From Dehalococcoidia bacterium (lineage in GTDB: Bacteria > Chloroflexota > Dehalococcoidia > UBA2979), in the NCBI GenBank assembly GCA_963667465.2, contig CAXXDN010000002.1, positions 1,312,001 to 1,376,000 of the forward strand: a stretch of 64,000 nt of DNA, in the 5' to 3' direction. Position numbers and translations under genes: made by a program. How positions within the stretch are numbered: the stretch's first letter is position 1; every line of letters starts with the position of its first letter. Below are positions 1 through 9,676 of this stretch, one piece after another. The notes under the pieces are model-generated. The model saw nothing but the letters and a program-made list of their open reading frames with translations. It had not been told where the DNA came from and searched no databases.

Positions 1-13
1 CGCCCGCCTCGCG

Positions 14-1639
14 CTACTGAGCGCCCTCGATCAATCGCCGCCCGTAGCGTTCGCGCAGCGCGACCTTGTCGAACTTGCCGGTCGAGGTCTTGGGCAGCGC
101 GTCGACGGGGATGAACTCGGCGGGCAGCCACCAGCGCAGGAACTGTGGCTCGATGAACTCGCGCAGCTCCTCGCCGCTGACGCTCGCGCCAGGCGCGCCG
201 ACGACGGCGGCGAGCGGGCGTTCGCCCCAGCGCTCGTCCTCGGCGGCGAAGACGGCCGCCTCGACGACGCCGGGGTGCGCCATCAGCGCGTTCTCGAGCG
301 CAACGCTGCTGATCCACTCGCCGCCGGACTTCACCACGTCGCGCGCGCGGTCGGCGATCAGGATCGAGCCGTGCTCGTCGATCGTCACGATGTCGCCGGT
401 CCGGAACCAGCCGTCGCCGACGAAGTCGTCGGCGCGATCGACGCCGTAGTAGGCGCGCGCGATCGTCGGCCCGCGCACCTGCAACTCGCCGAGGGCCTGC
501 CCGTCCCAGGGCTGCACCGTGCCGTCCTCGGCCACGTGGCGGAACTGGATCAGCGGCTGGGCGGGGCCCTGGCGCGCCCGCGCCTCGAGTGTGCCGGCCT
601 CATCGAGCCCGTCGTGCGCGCGCTTGAGGTTGGCGATGCTGCCGAGCGGGTTCATCTCGGTCATCCCCCAGGCGTGGGTGACGTGCAGCCCGTGGCGGTC
701 GAAGCCCTCGATCAGCGAGGGTGGCGCGGCCGATCCGCCGATGAGCATCGATCGCAGCGCGGACAGGTCCCACTCGCCGGGCCGCTCGTCGAGCGTGCGC
801 AGCACGTCGAGGAAGACGGTCGGCACGCCGCCGGTGAGGGTGACGCGCTCGTCGGCGAACAGGCACAGCAGGGACTCGGCGCTGAGGTCGCGGCCGGGGA
901 AGACCTGCTTCGCGCCCGCGTAGGTCGCGGCGTAGGGCAGGCCCCAGGCGTTCGCGTGGTACATCGGCACCACCGGCAGGACCGCGTCGCGCTCGCGGAC
1001 GCCGACGGTGTCCGTCATGCAGCTCATCAGGGCCAGCAGGGTCGTCGAGCGGTGGCTGTAGAGCACGCCCTTGGGGCGCCCCGTCGTGCCCGAGGTGTGG
1101 CACATCCCCGAGGCCTGGCGCTCGTCCAGCGGGGGCGGCTCGAACTCCTCCGGCTCGTCCGCGATCAGCTCCTCGTAGTCGCGGTAGCCCTCGGGCGTCA
1201 GACCGTCGTCGGGGATGACGATCACATGCTCCACGGAGACGCGGTCGCGGATCTCCGCGAAGGCGTCGAGCAGCGAGCTGTGGACGAAGAGCGCGCGGTC
1301 GGCGGCGTCGTTGACGATGTAGGTCAGCTCGTCGGGGTGCAGGCGCGCGTTGAGCGTATGCACCACCGCGCCGCTCAGCGGCACGGCGAAGTAGAGCTCG
1401 AGGTGGCGATGCTCGTTCCAGCAGAGCGTCGCGACACGGTCGCCGGGCTCGATGCCGAGCGTCGCGAGGGCGTTCGCCAGCTTGCGCGTGCGACGTGCGA
1501 AGTCGGCGTAGGTGTAGCGGTGGATGCTGCCGTCGGGGAAGCGGCTGACGAGCTCGTTGCCGGGGAATTGCGTCGCGGCGCGCTCGAACAGCATGGCGAG
1601 CGTCAGGGGATGGTCGTCGCTCATCAGGCTGTGCAGCAC
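14..1639 (-). CDS. Fatty-acid/acyl-CoA ligase (AlkK/DmdB-like ANL family)
   Basis: AMP-binding motif HTSGTTGRPKGV; WGMTE; GWFRTGD; KSGGEWISS; LPKTSTGKFDK. Confidence 0.9.
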   Translation of the reverse strand: MLHSLMSDDHPLTLAMLFERAATQFPGNELVSRFPDGSIHRYTYADFARRTRKLANALATLGIEPGDRVATLCWNEHRHLELYFAVPLSGAVVHTLNARLHPDELTYIVNDAADRALFVHSSLLDAFAEIRDRVSVEHVIVIPDDGLTPEGYRDYEELIADEPEEFEPPPLDERQASGMCHTSGTTGRPKGVLYSHRSTTLLALMSCMTDTVGVRERDAVLPVVPMYHANAWGLPYAATYAGAKQVFPGRDLSAESLLCLFADERVTLTGGVPTVFLDVLRTLDERPGEWDLSALRSMLIGGSAAPPSLIEGFDRHGLHVTHAWGMTEMNPLGSIANLKRAHDGLDEAGTLEARARQGPAQPLIQFRHVAEDGTVQPWDGQALGELQVRGPTIARAYYGVDRADDFVGDGWFRTGDIVTIDEHGSILIADRARDVVKSGGEWISSVALENALMAHPGVVEAAVFAAEDERWGERPLAAVVGAPGASVSGEELREFIEPQFLRWWLPAEFIPVDALPKTSTGKFDKVALRERYGRRLIEGAQ

Positions 1640-1699
1640 GTCGCGCCTCCTTCCCTCGCGCGAGAGCCTAGCACCCTGCGGCGCCCGCCTCGCGAGGCG

Positions 1700-2302
1700 T
1701 CAGCGCTCGATCAGGCTCCCGCCGAGGTCGGGCGAGGGGCGATCGAACGGGCGGTAGTCGGCGCGGCGGCGGCCGAGGGCGATGAACGCCTGCGGCCGCC
1801 AGTCAACGGGCAGTTCGAGGACGCGCCGCACCTCGTCCGGCGTGTAGAGCGGCGCGGCCATCCAGTAGGCGCCGAGGCCACACTCGCTGGCCTCGAGCAG
1901 CAGGTTCTGGAGCGCCGCGCCGAAGGAGTGCGCGGCCATCGTCCACTCGGCGCGGGTGCGCTCCTCGTCGGGGTACGTGTTCAGCCCCTCGCCGACGAGG
2001 CAGCCGAGCAGCAGCGTCGGGGCGCCCTCGATGCGGCCGCGCGAGCGCTCGAGGGCGCGGCGGCGCACGGCCTCGTCGAGGCCGTCGCGGACCATGTCCG
2101 CCTCCCAGGCGGCGCCCATCGCCGCGGCCAGCGCGACGCGACGCTGCTGCGAGATCGAGGCGAAGCGCCAGGGGCGCGTGTGGTGCGGGGCGGGAGCGAG
2201 CAGCGCCAGCTCAACCAGGGCCTCGATCTCCTCGCGGCTGAGCGGCGGGCCCTGCAGGCCGCGGATCGAGCGGCGGCGGCGCAGCGCGTCGGCAAGGCTC
2301 AT
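1700..2302 (-). CDS. Nitroreductase-family protein resembling the FbiB C-terminal domain (stand-alone FbiE-type dehydro-F420-0 reductase)
   Basis: RRSIR FMN-binding motif; APAPHHTRPWRF resembles the actinobacterial FbiB C-terminal motif; GAALQNLLL. Confidence 0.7.
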   Translation of the reverse strand: MSLADALRRRRSIRGLQGPPLSREEIEALVELALLAPAPHHTRPWRFASISQQRRVALAAAMGAAWEADMVRDGLDEAVRRRALERSRGRIEGAPTLLLGCLVGEGLNTYPDEERTRAEWTMAAHSFGAALQNLLLEASECGLGAYWMAAPLYTPDEVRRVLELPVDWRPQAFIALGRRRADYRPFDRPSPDLGGSLIER

Positions 2303-2373
2303 CGGGGCTCCGATCCCGCGGCTGCTAGCATGGCGTGCGGCGCAGAGCGCAGGCAGTGAGGGGGTACACCGCG

Positions 2374-2751
2374 ATGCGGATCACGCGCATCTACACGGGC
2401 GACGACGGGGAATCGCACTTCGAGGACATCGAGATCAACTTCACGGCGGCGATGGGGCTCGGCAAGCGCACGGAGCACCTCCCGGCGCAGAGCATCAGCA
2501 TGCGCGAGGCCGATGCCGAGAACGTGATGGACTGGCACGTCGCTCCCCGCCGCCAGTTCGTGATCAACGTCGCCGGCCGGGCCGAGATGGAGTGCGCCGA
2601 CGGCACGAAGCGCCAGCTCGGCCCTGGCGACGTGCTGCTGGCCGACGACCTGACCGGCCGCGGCCACATCACGCGCACCGTCGAGCTGCCTCGGTGCTCG
2701 GTCGTGGTGCCCGTACCGGACGACTTCGACATCGACGCGTTGCGCGCGTAG
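2374..2751 (+). CDS. Cupin-fold protein
   Basis: MRITRIYTGDDGESHFED...WHVAPRRQ...GDVLLADDLTGRGH; ATG at 2374 after a GAGGGG SD-like sequence. Confidence 0.8.
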   Translation: MRITRIYTGDDGESHFEDIEINFTAAMGLGKRTEHLPAQSISMREADAENVMDWHVAPRRQFVINVAGRAEMECADGTKRQLGPGDVLLADDLTGRGHITRTVELPRCSVVVPVPDDFDIDALRA

Positions 2752-2793
2752 ACGGCGCATCGAGGCGGCCTGCGGCGCTCGCGTCGTTCGCCG

Positions 2794-4086
2794 CTAGGTT
2801 GCGGCGGCCTCGGCGGGCTGGTTCGTCGCCGGATTCACCTCGAAGGGGCTGTGCAGCTCCAGCGAGGCCCCGATCTCGCGCACGGCGGGGAGCACTTCCT
2901 CGCCCATCAGCTTCATGCTGCGCATCTGGTCCTCGTGGCTCATCGCCCCCTCGCCGTCCCAGAGGATGATCGTTCCGGGCCGCAACAGCTCGAGGATGTA
3001 GCGCAGCTTCTCGATCACCGTCTTCGGCGACCCGGTGATGATCGTCATGCGCTCGACCTGCTGCTCGTAGGTGCCGGCGGAGCGCTCGATCGTCGAGAGT
3101 TCCTTGCTGCTCTCGGGCGGCGCGGCGAGGCCGCGCGAGTAGGCGGTGGCGCGGTTGAGCGCGGCGGCCGGCATCGTGCGGTTGCGCGGCGCAAGCCCGG
3201 GCAGGTTCTGCAGGTGGCGATGGACGCCGCCCTGGTTGCCCTCGAGGAAGGGGTTGGGCGGCCCCTGGATGTACTTGCGGCCGACCTCGAAGGCGAGCTC
3301 GTCGGTCGCCTCGACGTGGACCTTAAAGAGGTAGCCGCGGTGCTGCGGGCCCGCCTCGTAGCCGTGCTCGCGGGCGTGCTCGTCGTAGAACGCGAAGGAC
3401 TGGCGCGTCGCCTCGGGGGCGGTCGCGAGCATCACGTAGGGGTAGCGGTGTGCGGCCGCCCAGTCGGTGCTTTCCTTGCTGCCGCCGCCGGGAATCCAGA
3501 TCGGCGGGTGCGGCTGCTGGTAGGGACGCGTGAAGGGGTTCACGTAGCGGTAGTTGTAGTGCTCGCCCTCCCAGCGGAACGGGCCGGGCCTCGTCCATGC
3601 CTCCACGATGAAGTCGTGCGCCTCCTCGAAGCGCTGGCGGTTGAACGGGGGCTGGGCGTTGTGCGAGACGCTCTCGCGCCCCGAGCCGTGCACCCAGCCG
3701 GTGACGAGGCGGCCGCGCGAGATCATGTCGATCTCGGCCAGCGACTCGGCGAGCCAGAGCGGGTCTTCCCAGATCGGAAGGATGTTGCCGAGCAACAGGA
3801 TCCGCGGCTGCTTCGTGATCCGCGCGAGGATCGCGGCCTCGACGTTCATCACCCCGCCCATGCAGGCGGGTGTGCTGTGGTGCTCGTTGAGCATCAGCGC
3901 GTCGAAGCCAGCCTCCTCGGCGGCGAGCTTCTCGTCGAGGTAGCGGTGGTAGAGCATCGAGCCGAGGCGCGGGTCGTAGTCCTTGTTGCTGAGCCCGAGG
4001 TCGAAGTAGGCCTCGCGCGTGGTGGAGCCGAAGAAGCCATGCTCCTCGTCCTGGTAGGGCCGTTCCGTGAAATGCCCGATCAGCAC
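2794..4086 (-). CDS. LLM (luciferase-like) flavin-dependent monooxygenase
   Basis: GFDALMLNEHH, DMISRGRL, RPYQQPHPPIWIPG; likely GTG start at 4086. Confidence 0.85.
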   Translation of the reverse strand: MLIGHFTERPYQDEEHGFFGSTTREAYFDLGLSNKDYDPRLGSMLYHRYLDEKLAAEEAGFDALMLNEHHSTPACMGGVMNVEAAILARITKQPRILLLGNILPIWEDPLWLAESLAEIDMISRGRLVTGWVHGSGRESVSHNAQPPFNRQRFEEAHDFIVEAWTRPGPFRWEGEHYNYRYVNPFTRPYQQPHPPIWIPGGGSKESTDWAAAHRYPYVMLATAPEATRQSFAFYDEHAREHGYEAGPQHRGYLFKVHVEATDELAFEVGRKYIQGPPNPFLEGNQGGVHRHLQNLPGLAPRNRTMPAAALNRATAYSRGLAAPPESSKELSTIERSAGTYEQQVERMTIITGSPKTVIEKLRYILELLRPGTIILWDGEGAMSHEDQMRSMKLMGEEVLPAVREIGASLELHSPFEVNPATNQPAEAAAT

Positions 4087-4094
4087 AGTCCCTA

Positions 4095-4127
4095 CCCTTC
4101 TCGCGCCCTTCTCGCGCCCTTCTCGCG
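4095..4127. repeat. 11-bp tandem repeat (CCCTTCTCGCG)x3 in the LLM 5' region
   Basis: Three consecutive identical copies read directly. Confidence 0.75.
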
Positions 4128-4228
4128 CCGCCGGCGAGCGCGCCTTCGCGAGGGCCTCTGGCCCTCGTGGGCCGCGGCTACGGTACCATCCCGGCGCGCC
4201 GCATCGCTGGCGCGGAACGGGGGCGGAG

Positions 4229-5137
4229 ATGGAACTGGGCGTCGTCTTTCCCACGAACGAGATGGGTACCGACCCGATCGCGATCCGCGACTATGCGCAG
4301 GCCGCCGAGGACCTCGGCTACACCCGCCTCGTCGCCTACGACCACGTCCTCGGCGCACACCCCGACCGCCCCGAGGGCGGCGCCTGGCTCGGCCCCTACG
4401 GGAGACGCGTGACGCCGCCCTACACGCACGAGAACGCCTTCCACGAGCCGTTCGTGTTGTTCGGCTTCCTCGCGGGGCTGACGAGCAACCTCGAGTTCAT
4501 GACCGGCGTGCTGGTGCTGCCGCAGCGGCAGACTGCGCTCGTCGCCAAGCAGTGCGCGCAGATCGACATCCTCGCGGGCGGCGGGCGGCTCATCCTCGGC
4601 GTCGGCGTCGGCTGGAACTCGGTCGAGTTCGAGGCGCTGGGCGAGAGCTACCGCACGCGCGGGCGCCGCATGGAGGAGCAGATCGGGCTGCTGCGGCAGC
4701 TCTGGAGCGAGCCCGTCATCAGCTTCGAGGGCGACTTCGACCGCGTCACCAAGGCCGGGCTGAACCCGCTGCCGGAACGCCCGATCCCGATCTGGATCGG
4801 GGCGCTGGCCGACGTCGCGGTCGAGCGCGCCGGCCGCCTCGCCGACGGCTGGCACGTCCCGCGCGCCTACCGCGGCGACCCCGAACGGATCGCCCTCGAG
4901 GCCCAGAAGTTCTTCAGCGCCGCCCGCACCGCTGGACGCGACCCCTCGGCGCTTGGGCTCAGCAGCAACCTGCACGTCGTGGGCCTCGACCCGGACGAGC
5001 AGCTCGAGCTGGCCGAGGGGGCGGAGGCCGCGGGCGTCACACACCTGCACATCAGCACCATGGAGCAGGGCTACACACCTGAGCAGCACCTCAGCGCGAT
5101 CCGTGACTTCGCCGAGCAGTACGGCGTGGGCGCGTAG
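4229..5137 (+). CDS. LLM-class, probably F420-dependent oxidoreductase
   Basis: MELGVVFP...YDHVLG...HEPFVLFGFLAG...GVLVLPQRQTALVAKQ...GVGVGWN; ATG after GGAG. Confidence 0.85.
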   Translation: MELGVVFPTNEMGTDPIAIRDYAQAAEDLGYTRLVAYDHVLGAHPDRPEGGAWLGPYGRRVTPPYTHENAFHEPFVLFGFLAGLTSNLEFMTGVLVLPQRQTALVAKQCAQIDILAGGGRLILGVGVGWNSVEFEALGESYRTRGRRMEEQIGLLRQLWSEPVISFEGDFDRVTKAGLNPLPERPIPIWIGALADVAVERAGRLADGWHVPRAYRGDPERIALEAQKFFSAARTAGRDPSALGLSSNLHVVGLDPDEQLELAEGAEAAGVTHLHISTMEQGYTPEQHLSAIRDFAEQYGVGA

Positions 5138-5155
5138 CCCCGCGCGGCGAGCAGC

Positions 5156-5578
5156 GTGCCCGTTCCCGACCTCGACGACTGGCGGCGCCGCTGGCAGCGT
5201 CCGATCCTCCAGCGCCTCGGCATCCGCGGCGATAGCGTCGAGCACGGCTACGCGCGGATGCGCGTCGACCGCCCCGAGGACGCCGACGAGGTGCTGTACC
5301 GCAGCTCGCTCACGATCGCCGCGGACCTCGCGGCGATCTCCGCGGTCACCTCGCAACTCGAGGACGGCGTGCAGGTCGCGAACGGCACCGCCGAGCTGCA
5401 CCTCTCCTTCATCGACACACCCGGTAGCCTGCCCGACACCGTCGAGGTGAGCGCGCGGGTCGCGAACTGGGCAGACTACGCCACGCACCTGGATCTCGAA
5501 GCGCGCGCGCCAGGCGGCGAGCTGGTGGCGCGCGGGCTGACCACCTACTCGCTGCGGCCGGTGGCGGGGGCCTCGTGA
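5156..5578 (+). CDS. PaaI-type hotdog-fold protein (divergent)
   Basis: LGIRGDSVEHGYARMRV...TAELHLSFI...GELVARGLTTY. Confidence 0.65.
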   Translation: MPVPDLDDWRRRWQRPILQRLGIRGDSVEHGYARMRVDRPEDADEVLYRSSLTIAADLAAISAVTSQLEDGVQVANGTAELHLSFIDTPGSLPDTVEVSARVANWADYATHLDLEARAPGGELVARGLTTYSLRPVAGAS

Positions 5579-6015
5579 GCTCCAGCGGCGCGGCTGCCGG
5601 GCCGCTCTTCGACGTCTTCGGGATCGAGGTCGAGGAGCTGCGCGAGGGCTACGCGCGCCTGGCAGTCGAGCGTTCGCGGATGCCGCTGCGCGGGGTCCGC
5701 AACTCGCTCAACGGGGGCGTCGTCGCCTCGCTGGCCGACGCGGCGATGCAGCTCTGCACCGGGACCGTGCTGCGGCCGGGCGAGCGGCAGGGGCCGACGC
5801 TGGAGCTGAGCGTCTCCTACCTTTCCTCGGCACGCGGGGAGCGCACGATCGCCGAGGCGCGGCTGCTGCGCCGCGGCGGCCGTCTCGCCGTCGGCGACGT
5901 GGAGCTGCGCGACGCCTCGGACGGAGCGATCAACGCGAAGGCGCGCGTCACCTGCGGGATCCGCCGCGACGGCGACCATGGAAACGAACGCGAACGGACA
6001 GGAGGCGACCAATGA
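5575..6015 (+). CDS. PaaI family thioesterase
   Basis: LNGGVVASLADAAM; TLELSVSYL; LLRRGGRLAVGDVEL; 4-nt overlaps on both sides. Confidence 0.85.
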   Translation: MSSSGAAAGPLFDVFGIEVEELREGYARLAVERSRMPLRGVRNSLNGGVVASLADAAMQLCTGTVLRPGERQGPTLELSVSYLSSARGERTIAEARLLRRGGRLAVGDVELRDASDGAINAKARVTCGIRRDGDHGNERERTGGDQ

Positions 6016-7184
6016 CGGAGCAGAAGGAGCAGAAGCCGCGCTGGGCGGTCGAGGGCGTACTCAGTGACGAGATGCTCGACCGGCACCGCACGCGGCTCGG
6101 CCGCAGCTGGGAGGCCGAGGGCCTGCTCGACCGCTCGGCAATCGACATCTTCGCGCGCGCCATCGGCGACTCCAACCCGCTCTGGCAGGACCCGGCGTAC
6201 GCTGCCTCCGGGCCGTTCGGCGCCCTGGTGGCGCCGCCCGGCGCGCTCTACCGCATCCACCTCGGCAACGCGATGCATGGCCTGCGCGGCGTGATGGGCT
6301 ACAACATCGGCACCGCCTGGGAGCTGCTCGCGCCCATCTACGAGGGCGACACGATCCGTACCTCGATCGTCTTCGACGAGATCGAGGAGCGCGACGAGTC
6401 GCGCTTCGCCCAGCGCTCGATCATCGAGCACTACCGGGGCGACTGGACGAACCAGCGGGGGGAGGTCGTCGCGCGCTCCCACGTGCGCAACCTGCGCGTC
6501 GAGCGCAGCAGCACGCGCCGCAAAGGCCGTGACACGCGCCTCGAGGTGCCGCACCCCTGGACGGACGAAGAGCGGCTCGTGATCGAGGAAGCCTCGGCGC
6601 GCGAGCCGGAGCAGATCCGCGGGGGTGAGCCGCTGTGGTGGGAGGACGTCGAGGAGGACACGGCGCTGGAGACGCTGGTCAAGGGCCCGCTGCGCATGTG
6701 GGACATGATCTGCTGGTTCTCGGCGCGCGCCATCCTCAACGGCTACTCGCGCTCGATCCGCGGCATCCTCGACACTCCCGCGCTCGGGATGCTGCACCCG
6801 GCGAGCAACTCCCGCGAACCGATCGAGATCGTGCATGTGGACAATGAGGCGGCCCGCACCGCCGGGCTGCCCGGCGCCTACGACCTCGGCGCGGCACGCC
6901 AGTCCTACCAGCTGCAATCGCTGATCCACGCGGTCGGCGACGACGCCTGGATCAAGCACAACTCCTGCGACTACCGGCGCTTCGTCTACCTCGGCGACGC
7001 GATGACGTTCCAGAACACCGTCACGCGCAAGTTCGTCGACGAGGACGGCGAGCATTGCATCGAGGTGCACGGCTCCGTCTTCAACCAGCGCAAGGAGGAC
7101 GTGATGCCCTCGCGCTCCGTGATCGCGCTTCCCAGCCGCGAGGAGGAGACGACGCCGGCGCGGCGGCGTGCTCGCACGAGCTGA
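6012..7184 (+). CDS. Double-hotdog MaoC/FAS1-like acyl dehydratase
   Basis: FARAIGDSNPLW...GALVAPP; second hotdog with HVDNEAARTAGLPGAYDLG. Confidence 0.8.
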   Translation: MTEQKEQKPRWAVEGVLSDEMLDRHRTRLGRSWEAEGLLDRSAIDIFARAIGDSNPLWQDPAYAASGPFGALVAPPGALYRIHLGNAMHGLRGVMGYNIGTAWELLAPIYEGDTIRTSIVFDEIEERDESRFAQRSIIEHYRGDWTNQRGEVVARSHVRNLRVERSSTRRKGRDTRLEVPHPWTDEERLVIEEASAREPEQIRGGEPLWWEDVEEDTALETLVKGPLRMWDMICWFSARAILNGYSRSIRGILDTPALGMLHPASNSREPIEIVHVDNEAARTAGLPGAYDLGAARQSYQLQSLIHAVGDDAWIKHNSCDYRRFVYLGDAMTFQNTVTRKFVDEDGEHCIEVHGSVFNQRKEDVMPSRSVIALPSREEETTPARRRARTS

Positions 7185-7281
7185 GGCGCGGTTCGATAGC
7201 ATGCGCCCGGCGCCGGGCTTCGGCCACATCGTGCGCGTCGAGGGCAAGCGCACCTTCCGCGCGCTGTAGTGCGGCGGCGGG

Positions 7282-8283
7282 TCAGGCGAGCAGCGACTCC
7301 AGCACGCGGCCGACCTCGCGCGGGTCGCCCTCCGGCATGTAGAGCATCTGCACATCGGCTCCGAGGCGGGCACGCTCGGCGAGGCGTTCGCGCACCTCCT
7401 CGATCGGCCCAATCACCTGGATGCCCGCGATCATCTCGTCGCTGAGCGCGGCCAGCGAGGCCTCGCGGTCGCGCTCGCCCCAGGCAGCCTTCGAGGCGGC
7501 GACCTCGTCGGCGTGGCCGGCGCGGCTGAGCATCTGCCAGTAGAAGTCGCCCATGCGGTTCACGTAGTGGTGCACGTGCGCGCGGGCCGCCATCCACTTG
7601 CGCTCGTCCTCGTCGGCGTTGCCGTCGAGGACGAAGACGTTGGTGAACGGGGCGATCGTGATCGCCGAGGCGTCGCGACCGGCGCTGCGCGCGCCTTCCT
7701 CGAGCTGCTCACGCAGTTGCGGGAGGAGCCGGGTCGGCCAGTGGATGGGGAGGATGCCGTCGGCGATCTCGCCGGTCTGGCGGATCGAGCGAGGGGTGAT
7801 CGCGGCGATCCAGACGGGGACGCTGTCGCGCACGCGCAGGAAGTCCAGCCGGAAGCCGCGCTGGAGCTGGAACAGCTCGCCCTCGTACTCCAGCCGCTGA
7901 CCGGCCATCAGCAACTGGAAGATCTCCACGTACTCGCGGATGCGGCGCAGCGGCCGCTCGAACGGCACGCCGAAGAAGTCCTCGATCACGAGGTGCCCGG
8001 AGGAGCCGAGGCCGAGCGCCATCCGCCCATCGGAGATCTGCTCAAGCCGCGCGAACTCCTGTGCCAGAGTGGCCGGGCTGCGCGAGAAGACGTTGAGGAT
8101 CGAGGGCAGGATCGTTGCGCGCTCGGTGTGCTCGGCGAGTAATGTGAGCCAGGGAATCGCGGAGGGGCCCCAGGACTCGCCACCGCTGGTGATGTACTCC
8201 ACGCCGAGGTCCTCGGCGATCCGCACCTTCTCCAGCGTTTCCCGCCAGTCCTCCTCCATCGGCGCCTGCAGTCCGAGCTTCAT
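7282..8283 (-). CDS. LLM-class, probably F420-dependent (Mer-like) oxidoreductase
   Basis: ESWG, ILNVFSRSPATLAQ, SDGRMALGLGSSG, GEIADG. Confidence 0.85.
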   Translation of the reverse strand: MKLGLQAPMEEDWRETLEKVRIAEDLGVEYITSGGESWGPSAIPWLTLLAEHTERATILPSILNVFSRSPATLAQEFARLEQISDGRMALGLGSSGHLVIEDFFGVPFERPLRRIREYVEIFQLLMAGQRLEYEGELFQLQRGFRLDFLRVRDSVPVWIAAITPRSIRQTGEIADGILPIHWPTRLLPQLREQLEEGARSAGRDASAITIAPFTNVFVLDGNADEDERKWMAARAHVHHYVNRMGDFYWQMLSRAGHADEVAASKAAWGERDREASLAALSDEMIAGIQVIGPIEEVRERLAERARLGADVQMLYMPEGDPREVGRVLESLLA

Positions 8284-8412
8284 CGCGGCCCCCTCTCGCG
8301 CGCCGTCGCGCGCGGGCGGATTCTAGCCCGCCGCCGCGTAGCGGGGAGCCGCCACCGCCCTCGCGCGCTACCATGCGCGCGACGAGCGAGCGAGCGAGCC
8401 GCGACGGAGCCC

Positions 8413-8778
8413 ATGCCCAACCAGTACGTGGCGACCGACACCAGCACCGGCCTCGAGGTCACGGTCACGGGCGAGTTCCCCGAGGATCCCGACGACCGCG
8501 TGCGCATCGCCCGCACCTCGACGCTGTTCACGCGCCTGATGGCAACGATCCTGGCGATGGAGGACGCAACGCCGCGCCGCGAAGGCTTCCGCGCCGTCGA
8601 GACGCAGTTGGAGATTGCCGACGCACTGCTGCGCCGCGAGATGGACGAGGTGCAGCGCCTGATCCGCGACACGCTCTCCTCGATGGGGATCACCGAGGAC
8701 CACCTCGGCGAGATCGAGGCGGAGCTGCGCCGCCAGCTCGGCCAGCTCGACGACAAGGAGCCGCCGGAGCTGGTGTAA
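8413..8778 (+). CDS. Hypothetical acidic protein
   Basis: 121-aa ORF with coding-like codon usage, GGAG SD and upstream TACCAT -10 box. Confidence 0.75.
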   Translation: MPNQYVATDTSTGLEVTVTGEFPEDPDDRVRIARTSTLFTRLMATILAMEDATPRREGFRAVETQLEIADALLRREMDEVQRLIRDTLSSMGITEDHLGEIEAELRRQLGQLDDKEPPELV

Positions 8779-8801
8779 ACGGCCCTTCGCGCTGGCGGCA
8801 G

Positions 8802-8838
8802 TTGCCGGGCGAAAACAGCGGCCGTATGGTTTTCCATA
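8802..8838 (+). promoter_or_regulatory. vapBC promoter (TTGCCG-17-TATGGT) with TATGG-N4-CCATA inverted repeat (candidate autorepression operator)
   Basis: Sequence read directly; ATG lies 7 nt after the -10 box (leaderless geometry). Confidence 0.55.
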
Positions 8839-9101
8839 TGAAGACGACCCTGAACATCGACGATACCGTGATGAAGCGGCTGCGCGAGGAAGCCGCGCGG
8901 CGCGACACCACTATGTCCGCGCTCGTCGAGGCGGGCCTGCGGCGCATCCTTGATGACGAAACTTCCTCGGGCTCCGTCGGGGCGGAACTGCCGCCACTCC
9001 CGACATGGAACGGGGGCGAGCCGCGAGTTGATGTGGCCGATCGCGACGCGCTGGATGCGGTGATGGGCGGAGACGGCCCGTACGCGACGGCAGGAGCGTA
9101 G
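8838..9101 (+). CDS. vapB: RHH/CopG-type antitoxin (VapB)
   Basis: MKTTLNIDDTVMKRLREEAARRDTTMSALVEAGLR; directly upstream of a PIN toxin. Confidence 0.85.
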   Translation: MKTTLNIDDTVMKRLREEAARRDTTMSALVEAGLRRILDDETSSGSVGAELPPLPTWNGGEPRVDVADRDALDAVMGGDGPYATAGA

Positions 9102-9106
9102 GCGCC

Positions 9107-9541
9107 CTGCTGGTCTTCGACACTAACGTCCTGCTCGACGCCGCCAACGAGGCGTCGGGGTTCCACGACGCATGCGGCAGGCTGCTCGATGAGGCGCGCC
9201 GCGATCCGTCTCCGGCGTACCTGACCTGGAACATCTGCTACGAGTTCCTCCGTGTCAGTACCCACGCTCGCGTGTTCCCGTCCCCACTTCGAATCGACAA
9301 GGCTCGCGAGTTCATCGAGGAACTGCTCGCGTCGCCGGGCTTCGGTCTGCTCCTCGCTACCGAACGTCACGCTGCTGTCCTGAGCCAAACGCTGTCCGAG
9401 CTGCCGGCGATCCGTGGGAACGTGGTCCATGACCTCCATACGGCGGTACTGATGCGCGAGCACGGCATCAGCAGGATCTGCACACGCGACGCCGACTTCC
9501 GTCGCTTCCCGTTCCTGACCGTCCTCGATCCCACGCGCTGA
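9107..9541 (+). CDS. vapC: VapC PIN-domain ribonuclease toxin (apparent CTG start)
   Basis: Frame extends upstream of the ORF-track start to (L)LVFDTNVLL; YEFLRVSTH; GNVVHDLH; TRDADF; AGGAG SD at 9092-9096. Confidence 0.85.
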   Translation: MLVFDTNVLLDAANEASGFHDACGRLLDEARRDPSPAYLTWNICYEFLRVSTHARVFPSPLRIDKAREFIEELLASPGFGLLLATERHAAVLSQTLSELPAIRGNVVHDLHTAVLMREHGISRICTRDADFRRFPFLTVLDPTR

Positions 9542-9600
9542 CGCCGCGATCCGGAGCCTTTCGCGCTGGCGCCGCCGGGGGCACGGCGCTACGATGGCAG

Positions 9601-9614
9601 CGAACGCCCATTCG
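9601..9614 (+). promoter_or_regulatory. Probable LexA SOS box upstream of uvrA
   Basis: CGAAC-GCCC-ATTCG, one mismatch to the GAAC-N4-GTTC box of Gram-positives/Chloroflexota, just after a TACGAT -10 box. Confidence 0.6.
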
Positions 9615-9676
9615 AACCGCCGAGGGGCGCCGTCCCCTGCTCACGCCGCCCTCCCCCACCACGATCGAGGTGGACT

